Origin: Ancylonema sp. | Lineage: Eukaryota | Assembly: GCA_050230475.1 (NCBI GenBank) | Contig: JBFLGF010000173.1 | Span: forward strand, 53,115-73,114 | Reading direction: 5' to 3' | Length of the DNA stretch: 20,000 nucleotides | Part shown: positions 9,653-20,000 of the stretch, one piece after another | Position numbering within the stretch: position 1 is the stretch's first letter | Layout of the letters: each line of letters opens with the position of its first letter | Notes under the pieces: model-generated | What the model was told of the DNA's origin: nothing | Seen by the model: the letters and a program-made list of their open reading frames with translations, nothing else | Database searches by the model: none | Translations under genes and position numbers: made by a program

Positions 9653-10487
9653 GGGTAGCGTTATTCGCTCTCTCACCAAAAACACTATTCGCACTCCAGG
9701 CGCAAATTTTACAGTTTTGCCAAATTCGATTGATAAATTACCGCTGTAACGCGAACAAATACACGGAATCCCACGGCCTCTCCCGATACTACACGACTGC
9801 CCGCTGAATATCCAATTCAACACGTTATAAATCTCGTGTGGTTCATCTCCCGCTACTGCGGGTTCACGCCCGCCATTGCCCCCTCCTTCTGCCCTCACCC
9901 GCTGAATCGCTGCCACGAATTGATCGCATCGCGTGCATGCATCTCCATTCTCAGAAAATTTACGATAGATCGGTTGCTATGACTTGAAAGTATTGGCATT
10001 TAAAACAAAAAAAAATCAACAAACAAATCTTTTACTCTTCGCGTGCATTTTTGCTTGAAATATCATTTCGTAAATATTTATTATTCTGGTATCAGAAACT
10101 TGCGCCGTAACAAAATAATTGAAGCTATTGACGCCAGAATGTCAGCGGACATCTCCGCTGTGAATTTTAATTTGAATCGGCGAAGAGCGGATAAATCGTG
10201 CATTGCGGATGACGACAGCCCGGAGTGAAAGGGAAGACGGAGACGGGGGGTGCTGTCCAGCCGAAAACGAGAGGGAGAGGAGGCTACCAGACATTTCATG
10301 TCGTTTCGCTGATGTGGCACACGCACGTGCTAAACAGTAACAACAGAAATTGCTGCAAGGGGATGCGCGTGCGCCGGGTCAATTGTTCGCGTACAGCGAA
10401 TATTTGTCGATCGGCAGTGGCGAAACCGGTAAAATTTGCGCCTAGAGTGCGAAGAGTATTTTTGGTGGAGTGCGAATAGCACTACCC
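9653..10487. mobile_element. Mutator-like (MULE) non-autonomous element, 835 bp
   Basis: Perfect 9-bp TSD ATATTTGTG (9644-9652 and 10488-10496). ~110-bp imperfect TIRs starting GGGTAG / ending CTACCC. No transposase ORF. Confidence 0.88.
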
Positions 10488-10930
10488 ATATTTGTGCCCC
10501 CTGAATGAAGTGGCGCTCAATCGTGGCCGACAATCGAGGAGTCAAGGTTGCGTTTTGGGCACTGCACAAGGCCGGCGGTAATAGTTCGATCATTTCTATT
10601 CGCTAGAAAATCATCGTTGCCTCCGCCCCGCAACTTTCGCCCCACATCCTTGGCTCCGAGCGTGGATATCCCGAACGGTACTCTGGGCGACAAAAACATC
10701 GCTCGGGGCGGAGCAAACTATGCTGAGAATGCCACCAAGTGGTTTCACTGGTGTGCGCCATCTGTCCCGCAACAAACAAACATTGCAGTTTCTACTACGG
10801 AAAATGAGCATAAATGAATATTCGGTTCATGGCTCGAGAGTAAATCGCTTTTTTCTTTTTCTCTTTTTTACGGAAGTACGAAGACTATAGCGAATCGGTT
10901 GGTATTTCTCGACGTCTCTCCATTGCAAAT

Positions 10931-13554
10931 ATGTCCGGTCTTCTCAGAGATCTCGGCTGCTGGACCAGGTGTCTAAGGAGAGTTGAGGGCCATAAAAGTG
11001 ATGAGCGGATGCACTACTCGAAGACTACGAGGGGCACGTTTAGGTGCAGTAATACACCATCATGTAGACCGTGGGGTGCTTTGCGTGTAACCGAGGGGGG
11101 GGGGAAACTTGAGACAATGCGAGTATGCGCTTCCGGTAACTTCAGCGCTAGTCCCGATTCTAACGAACCCCACAAATCACGGATCGGGATATATTTTGAA
11201 TGTTGCTTCTTTTTTACCCGTACGTAGATGTCTATCAAGAAGTCGGATTTTAGAGAGGGCTCTGGTTGCACTTGCACTACACTTAAGACACTCGTTTCCC
11301 TTGTTTATATTAAAATGGAAGCAGACAAAGATAGAGAGGGATGGCAAGGATATTCGGGAGACAAAGATAGAGAGGAGGGGCAAGGAGATTCGGGAGATGC
11401 CAAATGCAGGCGTTGCATCTTCCTGTGCGTCTTGAATTTGCAGGAAGGACACATCAGAGGGTGTAGATTTCTACACAGTAGCTTTGGCCAATCTTCTTAC
11501 CAAGGATGACCTGGCTTCACTTCATCGAAGTTTTTTGTTGTTGAATAAAAAGTGCTGGTTTATTTTGTGCCTTACAAGTTTCCTTTCATTCTGCAGCAGC
11601 GCAGGCGGATAATAGCAGTCCCCTGGATGGCAGTCCTCCTCTGGTTCTCTGTTTTGGCGAGATGCTGATTGACTTCGTGCCAACTGTAATACTGGCTCTA
11701 TGACCAACACCAACAATTTGAAAAACCGTAATGCTTAATATTTCATAAAAATCCAGTTCTTGCTTCATTATTGGTAACACATCCCAGTGTCATCATTTTC
11801 ATAGAACGCTATATTGGATTTCAAACAATGAGAATGTGGTGTGAGTATATGATTTTAGTCCACACGAGTTTCGATAAAATGTCAAACATGTTGAATCACA
11901 AGAGCAATAAAATAGATGGTTTGAACCTTTGATAGATCGCTATACTTTCTGGTTGATAGCTGATCCAAAGTATTGTAACAGGTCAATGGTGTCTCTTTGG
12001 CGGAGGCGCCTGCATTTGAAAAAGCGGCCGGAGGGGCTCCAGGTAGAAAAATGAAGTCAAAACTATCCTGTAATGCCAAATCAAACTCAAATTTATCGTT
12101 TGTCTTTATATTAGAGCAACCAGCAACTTGACAACTACAGTCATAGTAGCAACGAATTACTGTTAAGACAGACAATACTAAAATTACTGTTTGTATAATT
12201 ATTATGGTAGCAGAGCTGAATAGTTATTGCTGGCAAAAAAAAACGATTCTGGGGAAAAAAATAAACAGATCTTACAAGCCAAAGGGCTGATGATTCAAAT
12301 AACAGGAATATTAGGGTTGTTGACGAAGTAAGTAAAGATGTAAATCATTGAAAGTAATGCACCAAGCCAATAATTCTTTGACTTTGTTACTGGCTTTAGT
12401 AATGACACTTTGACTCCCTGCCCCAGCCAATGTGGCGGTCGGAATCTCACGCCTGGGCGGCAGATCCGCCTTCATGGGAAAGGTGAGCCTTCCTGGGGAG
12501 GTTGTGCAGCGGCCCACTCTTACCCCCTCCTCCCCTACCTTCTCACCCAGGTTGGGGACGACGAGTTTGGTCACATGCTGGTGGACATTCTTGGGGAGAA
12601 TGGGGTGGAGACGCAGGCAGTGAGGTTTGACAAAGGGGCGCGAACGGCGCTCGCGTTTGTGACCCTGAAGGCAGACGGGGAGCGTGAGTTCATGTTCTAT
12701 CGCAACCCGAGTGCGGACATGCTCCTCACCCCCACCGAGTTGGACTGCGACCTCATTCACAGCGCTGCCATTGTGCACTACGGCTCCATCAGTCTCATCA
12801 CGGAGCCATGCAGATCCGCCCACCTGCGACTCATGGAGGTGGCCAAAGAAAGCGGCGCACTGCTGTCCTACGACCCAAACCTACGGTTGCCACTATGGCC
12901 CTCCGCTGATGTGGCCAGAGAAGAAATCACGCGAATATGGAACCGTGCAGATGTGATCAAGGTGAGAAGGAAGGTGGGGGGAGGGAGTGCGTGTTTCCCT
13001 CCTTGGGAGGAAGGATCCCCTTCTTCACTCCTTGACTGCCCCTTCCCTCCCCCTCTCGCCCCTCGCCTCTCAATAGGTGAGTGAGGAAGAGATCAGGTTT
13101 CTGACTGAAGGCCTGGATCCGTACAGCGATGAAGCGGCGCGTGCTTTGTGGCACGATAAGCTCACCGTGCTCCTGGTCACGGAAGGCAGCGCGGGTTGTC
13201 GCTACTACACGGAGGGGTGCAGTGGCAGGGTGGGGGGGGTGAAAGTGGACGCCATCGACGCCACGGGGGCAGGAGATGCGTTTGTGGCGGGGTTCCTGGC
13301 CAAGCTGGCAACTGACCCCTCCCTGTGCCAGGTACACAGCACACAGTTCACAATACAACCTCCCTCACACCGACCTCCTCGTGACCTATGGCCTCCCCCT
13401 GCTCTGGTTGCAGCGCGAAGACAGTCTCAGGGATGCGCTCTACTTTGCCAACGCCTGTGGGGCCGTGACAACAACGCAGCGGGGGGCCATTCCCTCACTA
13501 CCCACACAACAAATGATTGAGAAGGTGCTAAAGACAACAGCTGCTGTGTCCTGA
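10931..13554 (+). CDS. FRK: pfkB-family fructokinase, probably plastid-targeted, ~405 aa. Exons 10931-11135 (tentative), 11597-11685, 11982-12042, 12427-12482, 12551-12961, 13077-13331, 13414-13554
   Basis: Spliced translation: [61 protein letters not shown]...[30 protein letters not shown]...[10 protein letters not shown]...IK/VSEEEI...[13 protein letters not shown].../FANACGA...GAIPSLP. All introns are GT-AG with consistent phases; total 1218 nt. Exon 1 is inferred only from phase and its transit-peptide-like sequence. Confidence 0.95.
11323..11397 (+). repeat. Tandem duplication of a 36-bp purine-rich unit in fructokinase intron 1
   Basis: AGACAAAGATAGAGAGG..GGCAAGGA.ATTCGGG at 11323-11358 and 11359-11394. 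Confidence 0.85.
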
Positions 13555-13812
13555 GGACAGGTAGCAAGCATGTGCCTCCCTGGATTTGTTGGCCTACATG
13601 TGGTGCACTCGGGCTAGGTTCCAATAATCGCAACATCCATTGTTTCAATGAACGCTTGACATGTGGGAAGATGACATTTTAATGAAGATTGATGTTCGAA
13701 AAGTCTGTGCTACCAATTGATGGGGTAACATCTTCAGGTAGGGCTGTGACAAAATTTGTTCTTCATGCACTCTATTCTTCTATCACTCCACTTAGTCATG
13801 TATTGATATGTT

Positions 13813-14050
<238 letters not shown>

Positions 14051-14259
14051 TATGATATGTCCTTATGAACTTGAAGCCAATGCGCAGTTGTGGCTGGTAA
14101 AAAAATTGCAGCTGGTTTTCCAATAACCTTGTCGAGCCCTTGTGCCTCCATTGCTTCCAAAACACGAACTTTTTCGGAAATTATGTTACAGAGTGTAGTT
14201 AATATTATGTATTCATGTAAATATGTGTATTTTTATAAAAAATACACAGAAGTACATAA

Positions 14260-15146
<887 letters not shown>

Positions 15147-15254
15147 CGTTGTGACATTCTACATGGCTATTTTTAAATCTATAAAGACCATCCTTTGTAA
15201 AAGTTCATTTTTGACCGGCCATATATTGGTGCTCCTCAATGGGTGTGCCATACA

Positions 15255-16173
15255 CAGTGCTCCCTCGATATGAGGACCCTCTCTATGAGGAAAAACTCGA
15301 TATGCGGCCAATTATTTTGAGTTTTTTTTAAGTCAATACAAAATCGCCCTCCATATAAGCATAATGACACTCTGTATTAAGACAAATTGTTGCAGAAATT
15401 TGTTACCGAATGTCCTAATATTGTGTATTAAACGATGTTTCTCGCATATAACGTTGTATGGAAACCGAGGAAATACGTAGATTTTAAAAACTACAAAAGA
15501 CCTTCGATGCAAGCGATAAATTTATGGGGGCAAACTACTATTTAACGATTTTTTCATGCAACTTAGGGTCGAATCATGTCGTTATTAGTATTTGTGTCCG
15601 TTTGTGATGCCATTTTGAAAGTTGTTGTTGTTAATTACGTCATCTTTTTCACATCACGAGATAGATCTAGTTTGTGGAAATGTATAGAAATTGTGTATTT
15701 TGTTTCCTATTCACAAGTCGTAAGTTATGTAAGTGTCTTCATGTTAAGTATTGGTTTGTCTTGCCTTCCAGAGATTGTCCGTGTTGTTCATGACCATAGT
15801 GTTTACTCCATGTCTAACAACACATGTGAGTACTTTGTTGCTTAGTACGACTTTGATACTCCCCAACTCAACTTGTAAAGTTGGTTATATATTTTTTGCT
15901 AGTCGCTATGTATTGGTCTCAATCCGTACTTGTAGAGCTTGCATCTCAACACAAACGCTAAACTAGATGATAATGATGCCAAGGCAATTTAATCTAGGCA
16001 ACATCTAAGCAACATAGTTGTTTATTTACTTTGTTTCATTCACTAAATCCCTCGATATGAGGACACATGTTTTGAAATCGAGTAGTGAATGTCTTCATAC
16101 AGTGTATAAGGACACCTCGGTATAAGGACAATTTTTCTGGATTTTATGTTGTCCTTACATTGAGGGAGCACTC
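15255..16173. mobile_element. pogo/Tigger-like (Tc1-mariner superfamily) non-autonomous element, ~920 bp
   Basis: TIR CAGTGCTCCCTCGATATGAGGAC / GTCCTTACATTGAGGGAGCACTC. Right flank TA, left flank CA (possibly a mutated TA). Subterminal copies CCCTCGATATGAGGACA (~16048) and CCTCGGTATAAGGACA (~16115). AT-rich interior. Confidence 0.8.
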
Positions 16174-16645
16174 TAGCGATTAGGCGCATTACCATTCAAT
16201 ACGGAAATATAAGTGCCTATGCGGGAGAATGCTGAATTGAGTGTTTTAATAGCTTTGCAATGTGGCAAAAAAAAAATCTTCTTTAAATATCATAAAACGT
16301 CTAGAAGTTATGTTGTTTGTAACTTGCTTTCTTGAAATCCCGAAATTCAGTGCGCCCATAAAAGAGCGGCCGGGCGGCGCCCGCGGGCGGATTTAACACT
16401 GCAATCCCGAGATACGCAGATGTCCGACTCTCGTTTTCTGTACGCTAACCAATATCTTTCACCGATCAACAATTGGACATGAACGTGATAAACGATATTA
16501 CACACAAGCGATGATTGAAAAAGAATAATTGAATTATGACCGGCATTGTGTTAGTTTTTAGGGTCTGTGAACTTTTGTCAGTATATCGATTTTAGGCTTT
16601 GTTTGGAAGTTGAGTTTTTAGTTTTGTCGATTTTGTCGTTTTGCC

Positions 16646-16953
16646 TGTTGATACGATTACGATGATTAATTCTGGCCATAAGGCAGATTGTCGATAAGTT
16701 TAGATGATCTGGCACAATATTTAATTACGATTGGTGTTGACTAGTAGTTCTGATTAGTAGAGATCTTTGACTAGGAGGGGGCATGGATCACACTCGATTG
16801 TACTGAGTCAGGGCTTGCACACAAAATTCTGCAATCAATCAATCTATCTCAATCTTGCACTTTTGTTGTGTGTGTTTGTAAAGCTATAAATATTTGTTTC
16901 AAGAGTCTGAAGACTGTTACTTCTTGCATCGATGGCAAAAGATAGTAGCAACA
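16646..16953 (+). repeat. Probable 5' LTR of the copia element (left boundary tentative)
   Basis: Begins TGTTGATAC and ends GTAGCAACA (8/9 inverted match), 1 nt before the PBS. Contains TATAAATA near 16885. Confidence 0.6.
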
Positions 16954-16954
16954 G

Positions 16955-16966
16955 TGGTATCAGAGC
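16955..16966 (+). other. Primer-binding site complementary to the 3' end of initiator tRNA-Met
   Basis: TGGTATCAGAGC immediately after ...CAACA-G; canonical plant LTR-retrotransposon PBS. Confidence 0.9.
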
Positions 16967-19900
16967 AAGGTACTGCATTTTAGATGGAGACAAAGTTTCT
17001 TTTCAAGCTTGGCGATCTAAGGCATCTGCAACACTCGATGGCGCAGACTGTCTTGAGATGTGCAAGGGAATAGAAATAGAACCAGAGGGTGTTTATCCAG
17101 CATATGATGACGCGCACAGGATCACAAACGAGGATGAGATGGATCAATACAAAGAAGACTTGAAGCTTTTGAAAGCGAACTAAGAAAGCTGTGATGCTGC
17201 TTATGGGACTTGTGAGTGAGGACATAGCTACAACTCTTGAGGAGTATGAGAGAAAACTAGCAGCCATGTGGAAGTACATAAAAGAAGAGTTTGATAACGT
17301 CACACCCGAGCTGAAGCAGCTCGCTAAGGAGCAGCTGAATTCGTTCAAAGTAAATGAGAAGCTGCCAGTTCGTGACATCAAGAGAGACTTTTTGGCGGTC
17401 ATCAGAGCCTGCGCACATTAAAAGTATAAAGTTAGTGAGGAGGATCAAGTGATGGCGCTGTTCGCAGGGATGTCAAGAACTAAGTATGGAATGCTTAAAA
17501 AGTTGCACTTCGGTCAAGCAGAGGCTCCACGAATCAACTGCATCTGGGCAAAAATGGGGGTTGATGAACTGAACGATCAAAAAGAGCAAGGTGAAAGAGA
17601 TGCTGAAGCACTTGTTGTAGAAGCAAACTATGCAAAGTGGACTGCAAAATATATTTTTTCAAATCGAGTCAGAGGTGGGGGCATCGGGAGAGGAGGTGAC
17701 AGAGGTGTTGGCAGGGGAGATTACAATGGAAATCGAGGAAGCAGATTTGATCGTGGTGGTGGAGGAGGAAGAGGTGCAGGAGGTGGTCAATTTTGTTACA
17801 CGTGTGGTCGTACAGGTCATTTCAGCAAAGAAAATAAAAGAAAATAAAATAAAAGATGACACTTATGACAACTATGGTGCGATCGGACACATTAAATTTA
17901 CATGTTTCGACAAAAAAAATCAGGAGAGAGATGTGAAGCGAGATTGATGAGGGAGGTGACTGTGGACATGGCGAAATGGTGGTCGGAGAAATCTGTGAAG
18001 GGCGTGTCGGTGAAGGAGATGAGGAGAGAGGATTTTCTGTGGGATGACGGTTCCAGCCATCATTCAAGTGGACAGCGAGCACACTTCAAAACTTTGATCG
18101 ACATTCCGCAAGAAATTGTTATGCATCATCTTTGGCAGCGTGAGTGTGAAGTAGTGGGGAACTGTTGAGCTGGAAACAGAGGGTGAATGTGGAGGAATTA
18201 CTTTGCAGAATTGTTTGTACATATTTGGGATGAGAGTCAATCTTTTCAGCGGTCAAAAAGCGAGAGCAGAGGGGTGGGAGTATACCTTTTAAGGATCAGC
18301 ATGTGGAATAATTCCAGTCTATCGGAAAGATGGAAAACAAATCTGCACAGTTCGTGAGTCACGCTTTGGGCGTCACACATTGATTTGCACACCAGTACGT
18401 CACGATCGACAAAGTGAAGGGGAAGCGGTCGTTGCAGCTGTCGACGTGAATATTCTGCATCGGCGTCTCGGTCATGCAAATGAAAAGGTGCTGAGAGAAT
18501 TGGGGAAAGTAGATATAGTGCGTGGACTTGAGGGTGGCGTTTCTGGAGCACTTGCAAATTGTGAGGGCTGGAAACTCGGCAAAGCGCATGATCGACCGCA
18601 TCCAAGCAGGGAACTGGGAGCAGGAGAAAAAGTGTGTTTGGGAAGAATTTGAGTGGATTTGGCGGGACCTTTCCAACCGGCGTCGCTTGGTGGAGGAGTC
18701 TACAACATGGTGATTGTCAACGAGTATAGCATAAAATCGTGGGTGGAAATTTTGTGCTCGAAAAGTGACGTTGCCCCTCGCCTGAAAGAGTGGACACCGA
18801 TCTGGCAACGACAAAGTGGAGAAGCTGTGAAGAATCTGCGGCCAGACAGGGGAGGAGATTTTTTCGACGGTGACTTTCGATTGTGGCTACGCAGCAAGGG
18901 CATCAACCATGAGCCAACTCCTCCATTTACTCCTCAAGCGAATGCTGTTACCAAGAGGATGAACACAACATTGCACGATCGAGCTCGCTCAATACTCCTC
19001 CACATGCAAATTCCTCCTGGTCTATGGGCTGAAGCCATCTTTCATGCATTCTATCTTCGAAATCGCTCCAAAGTTACAAATTTACCAAAAACACGAAAGG
19101 AAATGTGGACTGGAAGCACACCTCATGTCAAGCATCTTCGATCCTATGGCTCCAAAGTTTATGTGCGTATGGAGAAGAGAGATCGACAAGGAAAGATGGC
19201 AACGCTGGCGTGGATAGGAGTGCTTGTTGGTTGGAACTCAAAGAGTCCGTGTCACAGAGTGTGGGATCCAAACACGAATAAAGTTCACAATGTCGGTCAC
19301 GCGCATGCTGATTTCGATGAGTCTATTGGAGCCGGATGGTGGAGGGGACGAAATATTGGGAAGAAAGTATTTTTTTTTGAACTCGATGCAGCAGCCGACA
19401 TGGAGTGCCAGATTTGGTGATCCCAGACGAGAAGCTTACTCGCAAAGAGAATTGGCCTTCTGTCGATGAAGGGGTCCCTGATGTTGACGGCAATCCTTTG
19501 CCTCGGCTTTAGGAACTTCCTCCTCCTCAAGAAAACAAATATCGTGAGTTGTTCAGCAATTCGATTGGCGATGAGAGTGACCAGGATCTGCTTAAGGATG
19601 GGCCTCAGTGGTACCCTGATGAAGCAACTCCTGAGATTTCAGTGCTTGCAACTGCAAAAGATAAAATCAAAGAAGCTATCAAGGCTGCTCAATATGCAGA
19701 TCGAAGCTCGACTCGTGAAAACAGAGGTATTCCAGCAAATAGATTTGTTACTGCCTACGTTGCTGGATTGGATGTAGAGTCAAAACTCCAGAAACTGTGG
19801 CAGAAGCTCTTAAAAGTCCAGAAAGAGAAAAGTGACAGGAGGTGATGTGAGAAACTAGAACTCTGTACAATAAGTAAAATTTGGGTTGTATCGATGTGTG

Positions 19901-20000
19901 AATTTTTTAGATGATAACTCAAGGATAATTTGAGTGAAATAATTAGTTGATTTGGAGTTGTGGTTAGAAAGATATGGATTTTACAAGTATTACGTTCTGA

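Larger units (their letters stand above)
16646..19900 (+). mobile_element. Degenerate Ty1/copia LTR retrotransposon (LTR-PBS-gag-PR-IN-start of RT)
   Basis: gag 16932-~17945 with a frameshift (~17172) and stop (17419), an RGG-rich tract and two decayed zinc knuckles (CYTCGRTGH, YDNYGAIGH..C). Protease WDDGSSHH (~18040). Pre-integrase LHRRLGH..CEGW. Integrase DLAGP/PDRGGDF/PQANAVTKRMN and downstream LRSYGSKVYV..RVWDP. PETVAEALKSPEREK* (~19790-19835) marks the RT start. IN before RT is the copia order; no RT core recognisable before the window end. Confidence 0.93.

Noticed and set aside
7968..9749. Plus-strand ORFs 7968-8558, 8781-9092 and 9165-9749
   Set aside because: Non-ATG starts, no motifs; the first two are antisense to the better-supported spliced model and the last runs into the MULE TIR.
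10087..10096. PBS-like TGGTATCAGA inside the MULE
   Set aside because: Not preceded by an LTR-ending CA and not followed by gag; chance match.
16363..16390. Short very GC-rich patch GAGCGGCCGGGCGGCGCCCGCGGGCGG
   Set aside because: No partner repeat or boundary signal found; cannot assign a function.

Overview
Eukaryotic, plant-lineage DNA, inferred from a plant-type fructokinase with GT-AG introns and plant-style LTR elements; a streptophyte alga or early land plant is plausible but unproven. The window is transposon-rich. From left to right: (1) a decayed Ty3/gypsy-type pol fragment (1-~1718) with a remnant C5 cytosine DNA methyltransferase domain between the aspartic protease and the pre-RT region, split over three frames and not visible as one ORF; (2) a cluster of non-autonomous DNA elements and foldbacks (CATAGTT-ended hAT-like elements, a CTAG-rich foldback, a 108-bp-arm inverted repeat); (3) a putative spliced minus-strand gene of unknown function; (4) a Mutator-like MITE with a perfect 9-bp TSD; (5) an intact 7-exon pfkB fructokinase, probably plastid-targeted; (6) two long (TA)n tracts; (7) a pogo/Tc1-mariner-like MITE; (8) a degenerate Ty1/copia element whose gag ORF appears to start inside the LTR and read through the tRNA-iMet primer-binding site. 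The retrotransposon-embedded methyltransferase is the most notable item.
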